A stretch of 64,000 nt of DNA from a virus (taxonomy: Duplodnaviria > Caudoviricetes): positions 1 through 64,000 of IMG/VR virus record IMGVR_UViG_3300037424_000564. One strand, written 5' to 3'. Numbering within the stretch: the first letter of the stretch is position 1; each line of letters starts with the position of its first letter. Shown here piece by piece: positions 21,070-34,686 of this stretch. Made by a program: the position numbers and the translations under genes. The notes under the pieces were generated by a model. The model searched no databases and was not told the origin of the DNA. It saw only the letters and a program-made list of their open reading frames with translations.

Positions 21070-21759
21070 TTAATGTATTGGTGTTCCATACTTATTTATA
21101 GTAAATTTAGACTTGCCACGTTTCTTTCTTTTCTTTTTAACCTTTTTAGTCTTTTTCCCTAGATATTGTCCATGTTGAGCAATGTCAGCAGCTACTGTAC
21201 CTTTGAATGCAACAGGAGCATCCCCAACAGGAGCATCACCACCACCTTCATCCTCAAATATAAGTCGTATTGCTGGATTATCTACAAGACATTTTTCTAT
21301 AATACTCATATATTTAAACATCAAGAGTTCTACATTGTCTTCAGTAAGTTTTTCAACTATAGGAAGTTTTTTCATAAATGTATGTAGATTTAATTGTTTG
21401 CTATATGTAATATCACTAAGCAAAGTTTCATTTAAATATTCTATATTACGATTAATATAAAAAAGATTAATAGAATCTTTAAGAAGATAGGCGGCAGTAA
21501 AGTAAGATACAAATTTTGATTTACCTATAAACTTCATTGTTATTTTCTTGAGATTCCAACAAAAGCGTGTTAATATATCCCATGCTTCGCGTTCTCTTGA
21601 GTTAACAGGTGATTTTAGTTTGTTTCCATTTTTATCAATGATACCTAATTTAAACGCATCCCATTCTGTGAATTCAGTCATGAGACGTTTTAATATCATA
21701 TAGATAGAAACACTTCCTATTAAAGATTCAGTTAAAAGATAGTTTTTAGGATTCGTCAT
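21070..21759 (-). CDS. T4-like hypothetical protein in head gene region
   Basis: WDAFKLGIIDKNGN motif; likely start is MTNPK. Confidence 0.6.
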   Translation of the reverse strand: MTNPKNYLLTESLIGSVSIYMILKRLMTEFTEWDAFKLGIIDKNGNKLKSPVNSREREAWDILTRFCWNLKKITMKFIGKSKFVSYFTAAYLLKDSINLFYINRNIEYLNETLLSDITYSKQLNLHTFMKKLPIVEKLTEDNVELLMFKYMSIIEKCLVDNPAIRLIFEDEGGGDAPVGDAPVAFKGTVAADIAQHGQYLGKKTKKVKKKRKKRGKSKFTINKYGTPIH

Positions 21760-22434
21760 CTGCAAGTTCCTGTACCTTTTTGATAAATTTTTCAAACGAA
21801 TAAACATTCATATTTTTATTGAGAAGAATCATAGTAGAATGAAATCTAATATCAACTAACTCACAAAGAGCAGGATACAACACATCAAAATCAAATACAT
21901 TATTCAACTGACGTAATATATTAATTGATTCAAGGATATATCGCTCCTTTTCAGTTCTTTCAAGCTTGGATAAAACTTGATTCAACTTCTTAATCAATTT
22001 AATATCTTCAATTATAAATTTAGTTATCCTTGGAACTTTGTAAGCAAGAGCCAAACTAATATTCAAATCATTCATTATTTTTTCTCGATAGTGGTTATCA
22101 TAGCGGCGATAATTGGTGCCAGCATTTGTAAGTTAACATCTTCTTTTTTAGAAGATCCGATTGTTTGTTTATATTTAGTGATGATAGAATCAAGAGATTT
22201 ATATTTTTCTCCATTAACTGTTTCACCTTTTTTCAAAAATGAATTAAGAAAGCCAATAGAATCGTTATCAATCTTATCAACTATTTCTTTTTCCATTTTG
22301 CTGTCAGTTGCCATTTTTTCTAAAAGTCTTTGAATTCTCATGGTGTCTCCATATTTTTAATTGACATTATCAAATAAGTAAAGTATTATCATTACTAACA
22401 GTATTTATATAAATCAAAATAAGGAGTTATACCT

Positions 22435-23609
22435 ATGTGTGACGAACTAGATTCTCAAGGTTTGATCCCGGTACAAGTAGTAAAACCTTTTGAAGCTACC
22501 AGAACTCCTTGTCCTCCTAAAGGAACTTATGGAGAGATTTATAGATTTGATGGTGACTATGTATGTGTTCGTTTTCCTCTTCCTATGATAGATACTGATG
22601 GTGATGTGTGGCATTCTCATGGAGACAATACTGACTTCATGAGACTTAAGTTTAAATTTAACGAAATTTCAGAGATTTAATTAAGGAGATAAAATATGGC
22701 AAATGTAAAGATTAGAACTATCATGGAACTTATTGAAAAGAATTTCAAAGAAGTTATTGAAACAAAGAATAGTTGGAGAAAGAATGAAATTAGTAGAGCA
22801 TTAGATAGTAGTATTGACAAAGCATTAATTCAGATATATGATGATATGGTTGAAAGCGAACGAGTAGTGAAAGAAATTTGACGTAATAAGTATAAGGAGA
22901 TACATCATGGCTGTCAAAATCGTATGGACTCATCAAGTATTTGGAGATTTTGTAGAAGTAATGGCTATTGCAAAAGTGAATGAATTTGCATTTGCTATGA
23001 GTATTGATGAAGAAGGAAACCATTCCTGTGTATTTGGAGATAAATCATTACATGAAAATCTTAAGGATGCGTTTGACTTTATTAAAGAACGTAGCAAACC
23101 AGTATATTACCAGCATTTCAATTTGAATTATGAATTAGAATATGTCGATAAGACTTCTCAAGAATGGTATGATGCTCATACACGATACAATACTACAATG
23201 GAATTGATTCGTGAATTCAACAAACAACAAGAATTTAACAAACTTCCATGGTATAAAAAACTATTTAAAAGGATATAATATGGATGAATTGATAAATGAT
23301 ATTAATGAAATCATAAGTAGAATTGAATTTAAGTGTGATGTTTTGCCAGTAGAGATCTTAAATAAGTACACTGCTGTTATATCATATATATTATCATTAG
23401 CAGAGATTAAAAGTGATTGGAAGACAGAAACAATACCTAAATCACTTTTAATACTCAATAATAATCTCTGGGTACATAGAGATAAATATTTAAGTTCTAG
23501 TTGTATGAGACGTAATAAAATGGGTGATCATTCTAGTGCATATCATAAATATCAACTAACTTTTATGTTATCAACTATAAAAACTCTTAAAGAGTTACAA
23601 ACCTTATAG
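22435..23609 (+). other. Short plus-strand operon of four hypothetical ORFs (22435..22680, 22696..22881, 22907..23278, about 23280..23609)
   Basis: Each has an AAGGA(G) RBS; a TTGACA upstream near 22360; ends at a bidirectional terminator. Confidence 0.7.
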
Positions 23610-23648
23610 AAAAAGGAGGATCTAAATTAGATCCTCCTTTTCTTTTTG
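23610..23648. terminator. Bidirectional terminator
   Basis: AAAAAGGAGGATCTAA / TAGATCCTCCTTTT between convergent genes. Confidence 0.8.
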
Positions 23649-23665
23649 CCTGTGGTGCTATGTTA

Positions 23666-24013
23666 TTAAACAACTCTGTCGCTTCTACCAACCTTACCAA
23701 ATCCATCAGTTCTTTTTCCTGTTGGTAGATTTTTTGCTAACAGGAGATTGTCTATTAGGCGAATGTCATTGTCATTGATTTTAGAGAATCCTTTTGATTT
23801 CAAAAAAGCCAATTTATTTACAACTTTATTTTTGTTGAAATAATTAGACAATGCTTTAGCTACTTCTTGTGGAGTGGCCCTTGTTATGTCCAAGCCAAGT
23901 TCTTTCATAAAACTATTATTTTCTCTATTAGAAGTATCGACTGCAACCACACTTTCAAGTAAATGATCTACTTGTTCTTGTTGTTCAGTTAAAAATTGAT
24001 CGAATTTAGGCAT
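23666..24013 (-). CDS. Putative internal head protein
   Basis: MPKFDQFLTE CTS-like N-terminus. Confidence 0.55.
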   Translation of the reverse strand: MPKFDQFLTEQQEQVDHLLESVVAVDTSNRENNSFMKELGLDITRATPQEVAKALSNYFNKNKVVNKLAFLKSKGFSKINDNDIRLIDNLLLAKNLPTGKRTDGFGKVGRSDRVV

Positions 24014-24024
24014 TGCATTCTCCT

Positions 24025-24657
24025 TTAGAGTGGGCTAACGATTCTTTTGCCTTTAACTCTGCCCATCCCTTTATAAATTTTCTTATGAAGACCAGAAACT
24101 TTTTGACCAATTTCAGATGCTCTCCATTTAGCATTACGTGCAGAAATCTTACCTTTATTCTTGCGATAGAATTCACGCATTTTAGAACGTGCTGCTAGTG
24201 CGGCTGGACCTTTTTTAGCTTTATTGAAAAATGAAGCACCTTCAGTAACAATTGATTCAAGCATGGTATCTTCAATTTCAAACATATCTTTTAAGTCATC
24301 TACTAATTGATTGATGACAGTTTCAGGAAGTAGATCTGCGTATTCATAGATAAGATCTAGACCAATCTCACCAATATCATCGCCACCTTTTTTATTACCT
24401 TCTTCGTCATCATCATCTTCGTCATTTTCTTCTTTTAGAAGATCACGAACATAATCGATAATTTCACGAAGATCATCAGCAGTATAATGTCCTTTACCAT
24501 CAGGAGTATGATCGCTGATTTTTTCATCTTCTTCGTCTTCATCTTCATCCCCAGTAGTAACAGGTTTCTTTGTTGCCATAGCAGCGGTTTCTTCTTCTTC
24601 AGCTTCGATTAAAGCTACTTGTAATTCTTCTAGCATTTCTAAAATATTTTTTTTCAT
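24025..24657 (-). CDS. Acidic/basic prohead core-like protein
   Basis: Acidic tracts and a basic C-terminus; late promoter TATAAATA at 24699..24706. Confidence 0.45.
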   Translation of the reverse strand: MKKNILEMLEELQVALIEAEEEETAAMATKKPVTTGDEDEDEEDEKISDHTPDGKGHYTADDLREIIDYVRDLLKEENDEDDDDEEGNKKGGDDIGEIGLDLIYEYADLLPETVINQLVDDLKDMFEIEDTMLESIVTEGASFFNKAKKGPAALAARSKMREFYRKNKGKISARNAKWRASEIGQKVSGLHKKIYKGMGRVKGKRIVSPL

Positions 24658-25351
24658 GAGAACTCCTTGATGTGTTATATAAACAATAATCTTACGTTTA
24701 TTTATATTTATAAAAAGTCAATAAAAAAAGGTCAAAGAAAAATATCCTTGACCTGATTGTATTTTAATGTCATTCATCTTAATCTGGTTATTGCGAAATA
24801 TAAGAAAATCACATATAAAATTATCATATTATATTTCCTTACTAATTATTACATTTAATGAAATCAATGTAGTATTCATCACCTATATTGAATTTGCCAA
24901 TTAATTGAGTATTAGTTATAGTCAAACTAAATCTAGCTGATGGAGTCCATTTTGCAAATGTGTTATTTTCATCAGTACCAGTATCATCATATGCATCTTT
25001 ACTTACTGCACGTAATTCGATATCTTCCCATACAGGAGGAAATAGTGAATCTTTACGTGTATCTGTTACTTTCATTTTTGCTCTACATACTTTATCTTCC
25101 ATGAATGTTATTCTCCCTAATATAGTTTCTGCATGAAATATTTTCCTTCTTCCCCGCATGTATCTTTAAACCATTTATCTTTTCTTTCATCATTACAATA
25201 AAGATTAATTGAATTGTATTTTGGTTCTCCTGTAATAAGTGAAAATCCATTTATAGTATTTTTCCTTATACAAGTATGAATCTTCCAAATTTCAATATTT
25301 TCATGATATTTACAATTGACACACAATTCCATTTGTATATTTCCTTATTAA

Positions 25352-26059
25352 TTAAATTTCTGTGATTTGAACACAATCTTCAAATAAAAATCTATGATCA
25401 TTTGGAATTTGTTCCCAAACTTTCCGAGCAAGTTCTCTAATTTCAAAATGTGCTCGAACTGAATCACGTAAACAAAAGAAGTTTCTAAGTGAACGAGCAT
25501 TAATTGTCCAAAACAAATCAGTTTTATAGCATTCAGGTAATGCATATTTTGTATAGTCATTTGAATAAAATTCGCTTTTAACTAATACACGTAAAGATTC
25601 TAATGCATGTAAAGATGCAATATCAATTTCTTTGATTCCAGTTAAATTAATATACTTAGAAGCTGTGTCAAAGTAGTAAGAAGGATTTGGTACACCAAAA
25701 TCCATAAAAGATTCTTCTTTCATTAATTCTTTTAATGTATATCTGGTAGATTTTACGGAAAGACTAGCCATACGGTGTCGAGCAAGTTCCTGAAGAACTA
25801 AACGTGATATTCCTTTGATATGGAAATTATAGGTTAGATGCTCAAGTGTGCTAGTGTGACCTGATTTGATAATAGCTTGAACTAATGCTTTATCTTTAGG
25901 TCCAATAAGATATACAGCCCCATGATATTCTTTTGGTTTGTACGTATCAATAAATCCATATACGGAGTCACTTTTATCTTGTGATTCATAACATTGTCTG
26001 ATTGCTTTAACTGCAATTTCTAGTGGTGTTGAGTTTAATAATTCTACTTTAATATCCAT
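25352..26059 (-). CDS. thyX: Flavin-dependent thymidylate synthase
   Basis: GHTSTLEH, ISRLVLQELARHRMASLSVKSTRY, INARSLRNFFCLR. Confidence 0.97.
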   Translation of the reverse strand: MDIKVELLNSTPLEIAVKAIRQCYESQDKSDSVYGFIDTYKPKEYHGAVYLIGPKDKALVQAIIKSGHTSTLEHLTYNFHIKGISRLVLQELARHRMASLSVKSTRYTLKELMKEESFMDFGVPNPSYYFDTASKYINLTGIKEIDIASLHALESLRVLVKSEFYSNDYTKYALPECYKTDLFWTINARSLRNFFCLRDSVRAHFEIRELARKVWEQIPNDHRFLFEDCVQITEI

Positions 26060-27065
26060 GTATTATCCTTTATTATTTTTATTCATTGCAAATGATACTT
26101 CAAATGGTATAACTGTTGTTATTAGTTGTGGTGCGAATCTATTTTTGAAAGTTAATTGTCCAACCCAAATCCTTTTATTTTTAATAAGATCTTTAATATC
26201 TTCTTCGTCTAGTTCCCAACATGACCACACTGTGCCTTCAGTGTCATTACATACTAATGCTGGTAGTTCTAGATATTCTGGTTGACCTTTACCTAAAGTG
26301 AGATTCTGCCCTTCAAATGATGTAGGTTTCATTATATTCCTTTGTTATTTTGAAAGTATGAATGATGTATTGAAATCAGTAATGACTAAATATTTTTTAT
26401 TTAGTTTGACGTATTCTTTAGTTTGTATAAATTTAATAATTGATTGTTTGCAATCTTCCCATGTTTCATATGGAATATTGGATGGTACAGGATTAAACCA
26501 ATCAACTAAAAGCATTGTACATGCGATTGGACCATTAAAACAATAATCATCTGGATATCTAGATGGAAGTTCAAATACTCTACAAAAATTTTCTTCTTCA
26601 CTTACCTCAAACATTTTATCTCCTTATCCATACCAAGAATGGTTTATAGTACGGTGATTAAATTGTTTTTTGCAAATTACACATTCATACCAATAATCTG
26701 TATATGCAGTATCATTATAAGATCCACTATTATATGATTGTTTGGGTACTAATTGTTTACAAGGACATTGTAACAATATTTCATTGAGATAAGCTAAAGC
26801 AATTCTCAATTCATCTTGTTTGCATTTATATATTTCTCTAGCACGTTCAACTTTTTCCTCAAATTCTAGAGGGAATAGATTTAATTGATCTTCCATATTT
26901 ATCCTTTCATTAATCATCATCATCAAAATCTTCTATTCCAATTCCTCCAATAATAAGTGCCCCACTTTGGAATTTTGATATTAATTCGATTGCTTCATCG
27001 CCACTACATACACTTAATTTCTTTAAAAATTCATAAAAGGTTATATCTTGCATTTCGTCTCCATA

Positions 27066-27536
27066 TTAAATAATAATTCCGTTCAGATGATCTAGTTCAT
27101 GTTGGAAGCCTCTTGCTTCATCGCCACGAAGAACAATAGGCTTAAGAGAATAAGCATCTTTCACAATGATTTCTTTATGACGTTTTACTGTGGATTGTTT
27201 GCCGGGAAAAGAGAAACAACCTTCAGTAGAAGAAATCTTCTGCGTTCCAGAAAGAAGTTCGGGATTAACGAATGCGCGATATTTGCCATTCTTCTTACGA
27301 AGCACAAAAATACGAACATCGTAACCAAGTTGATTTGCAGCAAGTCCCAGACAAGATTGTTTTTTAGAACTATTCAGATCCATAGCAGTAATCGTTAGAT
27401 CGTAAATAACGTCACTGATAAGTTGAGGGTCATCATGAAGATCCAGAAGTCTACAAGGAATTTTCAGTTGTTCCACATCAGTAACGATACATTTGATTGC
27501 AGATTCGAATGCACTTTCAGGGATTGCCATGGTCAT
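27066..27536 (-). CDS. def: Peptide deformylase
   Basis: GLAANQLG, EGCFS, HELDHLNG motifs. Confidence 0.95.
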   Translation of the reverse strand: MTMAIPESAFESAIKCIVTDVEQLKIPCRLLDLHDDPQLISDVIYDLTITAMDLNSSKKQSCLGLAANQLGYDVRIFVLRKKNGKYRAFVNPELLSGTQKISSTEGCFSFPGKQSTVKRHKEIIVKDAYSLKPIVLRGDEARGFQHELDHLNGIII

Positions 27537-29396
27537 GTTAAATCTCCTTTTGATATATTACTAATATACACGTAACTTTATTTCTTGTCAAATTTTTAAT
27601 CGTTAAGATGAACTACCTGACCAATACCAGCTTCCATACAATGACGAACTTCATGTCCAAATACATAGAATCTGAATGTATCTTTCCAACCAGTCCATTC
27701 TGAAATATAGATTCTGCTAAAATACGTACCACCAGTTCTAGCCAATCCATAAATTGGAGGTTGATTTATGTAATTAGGACCATAATACCTCTCCATAATT
27801 TCTTCATGAGTTTCAAATTCAATAAGGATAGATAGTTTGTTATCAGTTAGATCTTTATAGTCATGTGTAGCTACTGCATCACCTTCATATGTAATGCTTT
27901 CGATATAAAATTTCACATGATTATCTATCACAATTTCATCAGGAACAGCAGGTGTTTCAGTAGTATCAACAACATCACTTCCACAACCAACCAGCATAAG
28001 AACAAATAGGATATAGATAAAAAATTTCATGATATCTCCTTAGTTAAAGTCCGGTGAAGTTCCGCTATTTGGTTCAATACAAATTCTCAATGCTTGCCCA
28101 AAGTAAATAAAAGGATAAAGATCATTCCAATCTTTCCATTCAACAATAAAGATATCACAAGTGTTATTTGTAGGATAAATCATTGCCATTATTGACGTAG
28201 GATCATTAAAATATTGGCTTGAAAGATCCAATAAATTTTCAGATGTTATAAAATGAATTCGAACATTCATATTTGTTAGATATTCGTTATTAACGACTAC
28301 TGGATCATTTGTGTTGTTGTAATCAAAACCAACTGGTTCAATCCCAGTTGGAATATTGATTTCTGCATGACCATAAGTTACGACCATAAAAACTGCAAGT
28401 AGAACAACAAGACCACTATAAATGTGTTTCATTTTTTCCTCCCTTTGTTATAATGACTATAATTCAAAGGGATTTATTTGTCAATTTAAATCTATGAGTT
28501 TCATATAGCGCATAGTTTATTGAAATGCGAAGAATCTATAATTATTTCCTCAAGAAATGTTTACCATTAATTTTTTTGATGGTGCTATCAATTTTAATTC
28601 TGGTAGATTCACTTACAACTACATTAGTATAGTTAATAATAAAATACCATTTAAAATTGAAGTCATAAGAACCATTAATTGCTTTACCTGCACCTAGCCA
28701 GTCACATAGCATTTCTTCAATAAAAACATCAGGAATTTCTAAAGGAATCAATAGACCACTATCCATTGCCCTATTGCATGGAATCGATTGTAATTCTTTT
28801 GTTACAACACATTTATCACCATGTCCCATGCAAGTACATCTAGTGAAATGTTTTCTAGCTCTTAGGAGTTTTGGCATACTAATTTTCCACTTGGTCAACA
28901 TGTAAGATTGATAGATCATCACGATCTGCGAATTTAACAGCAACCATATACGAATCTGCGTTGCTACGAATATTAGGATACTTGGCAACTACTAAAGGAT
29001 CTTTAAAATCCAATTGAGTTACGATAGTTCCTTTGGGATAAAGAACTTTTCCAATTCTAGTAGGATATTTTAATTTCATTTTTATTTCCTATTCTTAATT
29101 TAGGTTTGATATTCCAATCAAGTATTGGGTATAATCCTGCAATTTTTCTTAATACATTATAACGTATTCTTGCTACTCTAAGTATTTCACGAATAGGAGC
29201 ATCTTTAGATGCAAATCTAAGATTTGATGCAGAATATGCTCCACCATCGAATAATCTACTTTCATATTCTAGTGCTTCTTTATATTGTCTTTCACTTAAC
29301 ATGTTTATTCCTTGAATTAATATGAATAAATTAAATAGGTTCTGATATCTTTAACAATACCAGAACCTATTCAATGTTAGATAAATTTTAGTCAAA

Positions 29397-30386
29397 TTAA
29401 AATTGCCAACGAGGAATAACAGCATATGTCATTACCATACTAGTATCAATTGGTGGATATTGCATTTTAATAAAAGTAATAGGCTCTATAGGAGAATGTG
29501 TTATGACTGGCTCTACGTTAACTTCTTTGCAAATATTACAATGTTCTTTACAAGAGTTAAAACATTTGAATCTATAATCTTTAAATTGGTTTTCCCAAAT
29601 ATCTTGCAACGAAGTAATTGATAAATTGCCTTGATATGAATTATTGAGTTGTTCAGTAGTCATCCAGCTTACCATTGATAAACAAGGAATAACATAACCA
29701 TTTGCACATATACCAAGAGAATGAACACCAGCAGTACATTTTGTTTTAGGATTCATATTATCACCAAGAACAATATTTGCTTTGGAATTAGAAATCAATT
29801 GACGTAGATATGAGTCAGAAGTAGAATTTGCATAGATTGCTTGTTTATAATTATCTTCAGTATACATTGTGTATTGAATTTGCCAAATGATGTCATTATC
29901 AATGACAAACTTTTCAATTAAGCCAAAGTCAAAAATATTTGAAATATTGAAATTAGTAATAACTGTAAATTTATTTCTAATATCTTGTATTGACCCTTCC
30001 ATTGCCATTACCAATGGAAGTGATTCGACTTCATGCCTGTTATTAATAGAAATTCCAACCCAATCATATAATTTAATTATATCAAAATCAGTATCAATAC
30101 TTATATTAAATGGATTGATAATTAGCTTACATTTAACTCCTTTTGCTTTGAGTTTGGTGACTAGCGATTCATGAATTGTATAGTCAACCAGCAAAGGATT
30201 TCCACCTGAAATATTAATTTCTTCTGGTGGATAATTTGCGATAGTTGTGACAATATTATTGATTCTAGATCCATCAATTTTTGTTTTATTGATATGATCT
30301 TTAGATCCGCAGTAAGAACAATTCTGATAACAATTATCAGTAATCTCATAAATAATTTCTTTTAATTTTAAGCTAGGCTCTTGCAT
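29397..30386 (-). CDS. Radical SAM protein with SPASM/twitch-like C-terminal region
   Basis: CYQNCSYC; ISGGNPLL; CTAG...GYVIPC; C-terminal Cys cluster. Confidence 0.9.
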   Translation of the reverse strand: MQEPSLKLKEIIYEITDNCYQNCSYCGSKDHINKTKIDGSRINNIVTTIANYPPEEINISGGNPLLVDYTIHESLVTKLKAKGVKCKLIINPFNISIDTDFDIIKLYDWVGISINNRHEVESLPLVMAMEGSIQDIRNKFTVITNFNISNIFDFGLIEKFVIDNDIIWQIQYTMYTEDNYKQAIYANSTSDSYLRQLISNSKANIVLGDNMNPKTKCTAGVHSLGICANGYVIPCLSMVSWMTTEQLNNSYQGNLSITSLQDIWENQFKDYRFKCFNSCKEHCNICKEVNVEPVITHSPIEPITFIKMQYPPIDTSMVMTYAVIPRWQF

Positions 30387-32923
30387 ATTTATTTCCTTTA
30401 TGTTGCGTTTCTATTAAGATCAATAATATCTTTTTTGAGTTTTGCATGGTCTAGATCACGTTTAGTTCTTGAATCATATAGATATACTTTAACAGTCAAT
30501 TTAGAATCTTTATCTATAAAGGTAAGTCTAATTTTATCTTTAGTTTCAACATCATATCTACCATCAATACTACCATCAAATGACTCAACATAAAGTAGAG
30601 TATGGAATGGTGAATGAATATTAATAATATCATCTTGAATTTTTATTAATTGCATTAACATAATTTATTCCTTTATATGATGTTTGAAAATAGATCTTCA
30701 TATGCATCACGATCAGCAAGATAACAACCGCCGCGAGAAGTCTTATTAATAATACCAACTTCTAACAAAAAATCTTCAATAACACCATCATAAATGCATA
30801 TAGCATTAAAATATCCATCGGTTTCATTAAGTGCATCCAAAACATCAATCAAAGTATGCATATGTAATTCATAATTGTTATATTTGATATATTTAACTGG
30901 TTGTAGTTTTGTTATGATTTCAAATCCAATACTCATTAGTTCCTCTTAGTAAATTGATATAATTTGTTTAGGACCATGATACGATTCTTCTGCTTCATCC
31001 CAAGCAAGATTTCCTGCTTCTTCTTCATCAAAAGCTATAACTTCATATTCATAGATATGATTTTCAGTATTCAAAATAGAAACTGTGTAATGTTGTTTAT
31101 CCATTAGTTTTAGATTCATTCACAATTTTATTCACGAACTTTTGAGCAACAGGAGAACCCCAGAATTCTCTAACTTCTGCGATCATTTCGTCTCTTGTTT
31201 TGTGTTGTTGATCTTCTGGTGTGTTAGCAATCAGAATGTCAACAAAACGATTAATTTTTTTAACAGTTTTACCGTTCATATGATGATCTTTCATTTGGTT
31301 TGTTGTAATGTGATTCATTAAATTTACTTGCACCTATTGAAATTAGAATACACAGAATAGCAAGTACAATCAATAGTTCAATAAATGTGAACCCGTTATC
31401 TGATTTCATTTTTTATAATTTCTATTATTAGTTTTTTTAAACCACTGTATATAGAATGTTTCTTTTGTTGAATAATTGGTAATTTTGATTGGCATACCAC
31501 AGATCCACGCAATTAAAAAAATACAAACACCAATTAACAGGATGGGAATAAAAGAAACAGCAACAATACAAAAAATAATTACTGCACCTATAAATTCTAA
31601 AAAATTCATTTTATCTCCTTAAAAAGTTATCCAGTTTCGATTTATCCAGAAATATGTATTTCCTTTATTTTCTTTGACAGGTGGCATATAGCAAGTGATA
31701 ACTGCTAAATCTCTCACCACAATAACCCAATCAGTATATTTGTACATTTTATCCGTAGATTCTTTTGCTAGAATGAATTTACCTTTATCATAGATCTGTT
31801 GAATTCTTCTTTTTGTTTCTTCAACTGGAATATTCAAACCAGCACGTTGTTGAAATCGAGTAACAGCATGATCTGTAATTTTAATAGTTCCTCTTCGCAT
31901 TAGATCCTCACATTTTGATAGAGATTCTTGACCCAAAAATATCAACCCAAAAGCTAAGTTTATAATCTTCCAATACCTCAATTACTATATCACGCATTAT
32001 ACTAGAATGTCCAGTTATAATGTCAACAACATCATCACAATCCCAATGATCTTCTATAAAATAAGTAACATATCTAGATACATCTTCATGCTTAACACCA
32101 TGAAGATCAAGTACTTTCTTCATGGTGTCAATTCTCCATTTGTTACTAATCTGATTCCGTTTAAATAAACTGCTTTAAATTTACTAATTGGGTGTTCTGT
32201 ATACACATTTTGGTAAATGACATAATGAGAATCAGGATTTACTTGGTGAACTGAAAAACGAATAATACTATCGCAAATTAGTTTGTTAAGATTTTTTCGT
32301 CCATAATCCCCTACAATTTCAACATCAGCAACAACACCATCATAAGTAACTGTAGTCAATCTGTTCATATATTCCTCCATAAAAATATCAATAATCTTCT
32401 GTAAAACATTTGATAAGAATGTTAATCTTCTCAAATGTTTCCATTGTTACTTTATGGGCTTGTCCATTAATATTAACTATTTCATATTTCGGTTCATTTG
32501 ATTTTTTATAAACATTGGTTTTCTTCCAATCCAAATAGTCATCTGTATCTTTATTGTAAATAACATATCTATCATTATGTTCCGCAATAAAGATTACATT
32601 AGCATCAAGCTTAATGCCTTTAACGATAACATCAACTTCTTCCCCATATTTGGGAATCCATTCCATTTCTTTCCATACTTTTTTAAGTTCATCTAAAGTA
32701 TAGATAGTTGCTCCATTTTCCAAACAAAAACTTTTTGATCTTGGAGTAAACGTATTATCAATACTTATACAAAATCCAATATCTCTATTATACAAATAAA
32801 CATAAGATCCTGTTAAATCTTTAGGCCAAATCAATCCATTTTCTTCACATAGATTAATATAATTCAAGTATTCAATATAATTTGCTAGAAATACGTAAGC
32901 ATTTGGAATGGACTTATCCATAA

Positions 32924-33409
32924 TTAGATTCCTTTATTCTTGGTGCAGAGTTGTTCCGCATCACAACTATAACAGACATCATTATCAGTTGTCAATTTAT
33001 TATTTTCTAGAATTTTACGTTCGGTCACAAGGTCACGATTCTCCGCATGAAATTCAGTAAACTTATCAGGATAACGTGCTTTAAGTTTAGCAATATTGAC
33101 TGACATAACATCGTCTAGAGTTGTTTGGAGGATATCAACAGCAAGAGCGATGTACCACATTGAATCACCAATTTCTTCCCCAAGATTGACAAGATCAAGT
33201 GGTTTGCCATAGAATAGATGTTTCTTAAGCATATCAACAAATTCACCAGCTTCAGTTACCATGCCCATACCAGCATGAAGAAGCCTAATATTAGTTGGAT
33301 CTGAAAAACGTGCAATCATTTCAGGAGTGATTGGAGATTCAGTTGCAGTTGCATTTTTTACGTAAGTTGAGCTATTAATCATATTAGTTTCCTTTTTAGT
33401 AAATTGCAA
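32924..33409 (-). CDS. MazG-like nucleotide pyrophosphohydrolase
   Basis: GMVTEAGEFVDMLKK..EEIGDSMWY..NIAKLKARYP. Confidence 0.9.
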   Translation of the reverse strand: MQFTKKETNMINSSTYVKNATATESPITPEMIARFSDPTNIRLLHAGMGMVTEAGEFVDMLKKHLFYGKPLDLVNLGEEIGDSMWYIALAVDILQTTLDDVMSVNIAKLKARYPDKFTEFHAENRDLVTERKILENNKLTTDNDVCYSCDAEQLCTKNKGI

Positions 33410-33754
33410 TTCGATCTAGATAATCTTCAATTAGATTAGAATCGTGTTCAATACTTTCTAATACACTTCGCATTTCGTTAAAATAAGATGGGTACACTCG
33501 ATATGCCACATCAGTTACTTTTGTTGTTGGTAATTCTTCAAATGGCAACATTATAGGTCTTAATTGGGATTCAATTCTAATTTGAATTGAGTTAATTCTT
33601 TCTGAAGCATAACGTAATCGTTCAAGCATTTGATATCCAATAGATATTTCAACATCGACTTCTGATACAGTATCTCTTTTTGGTGTGCATTTATTCATTT
33701 TTTATCTCCTTAATTTTATATGGTATCTTACCATAATTTTCGTTATGTTGCAAT

Positions 33755-34312
33755 TTAGTCTTTAAAGATGTTTCCGAGGATTTGAGTCTGAAATTGTTCT
33801 GGGGATAAATGTTTATATTTAAAGGGATCATGACTATACACATATGTAAAATCAGGATGAACTATTAAGTTATACATTAATTCTTTTGAATATATATCAA
33901 CCATTTCATCTAAATCTTTTAAAATAGGACCAAGTTCTTTTTTATTTTTCCACCATGCACGACATAAAGTTATGTCAGTAGTATAGAATTGTTTTGAAGG
34001 TGTTCCAAAAGCAGTAGTACTACATATAGTTTTATATTCATTTAAATTAAATATTTTTTCTTTAATATTCATGGGTAGATCAAAATAATCATCAATATAT
34101 AAATGGGTTGTTAAAGTTGCCACATGACCAACAAAACATTCATTAGTACAAAAAATAACTTGATCTTTATTTACAAAATTATCACCAACAAATCTTCTAT
34201 ACATTTCTCCATGAGCAACAATAACTTTAGCATTTGGATTTTTCTTCAATTCTTCAAGAATAAAAGTTGTTTTTCCAGTCATTCTAGGTTTAATAACTAG
34301 TTGATTTTTCAT
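33755..34312 (-). CDS. P-loop NTPase-like hypothetical protein
   Basis: KPRMTGKTT and LYIDD motifs. Confidence 0.55.
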   Translation of the reverse strand: MKNQLVIKPRMTGKTTFILEELKKNPNAKVIVAHGEMYRRFVGDNFVNKDQVIFCTNECFVGHVATLTTHLYIDDYFDLPMNIKEKIFNLNEYKTICSTTAFGTPSKQFYTTDITLCRAWWKNKKELGPILKDLDEMVDIYSKELMYNLIVHPDFTYVYSHDPFKYKHLSPEQFQTQILGNIFKD

Positions 34313-34686
34313 TTTACGCCTCTCTTCTCATATATATCTCTAATTTGTTTCATTTCTATATCATCAATAAGATTACTATATTCTTTAGCTACTTGATGTG
34401 AACAATTATAATACTGCATCAAATAGAATACATCTTGATCTTTTTTTGCTTTAGCTGCATTATACTTTATAAACCGTTTGCCTTGTGGAAGACCATGATA
34501 TAGGCAATCGAAATACATTTTATTTGAAATTTTAAGTTTAGACATTTCATGAGCAATACCAGCAAATAATTTATCACAGGATAAGGTCATATTAATAATG
34601 TATTGATTACAATCTTTATTAATTTCTTCTGTGGAAGGAATTGATTTCTTTTCGAAGAAAATATTTAGAAAGTCGAAAGGTTTCAT
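34309..34686 (-). CDS. gp62: Clamp loader small subunit (gp62-like)
   Basis: QYIINMTLS, YFDCLYHGLPQGKRF, YYNCS..AKEY; adjacent to gp44. Confidence 0.85.
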   Translation of the reverse strand: MKPFDFLNIFFEKKSIPSTEEINKDCNQYIINMTLSCDKLFAGIAHEMSKLKISNKMYFDCLYHGLPQGKRFIKYNAAKAKKDQDVFYLMQYYNCSHQVAKEYSNLIDDIEMKQIRDIYEKRGVK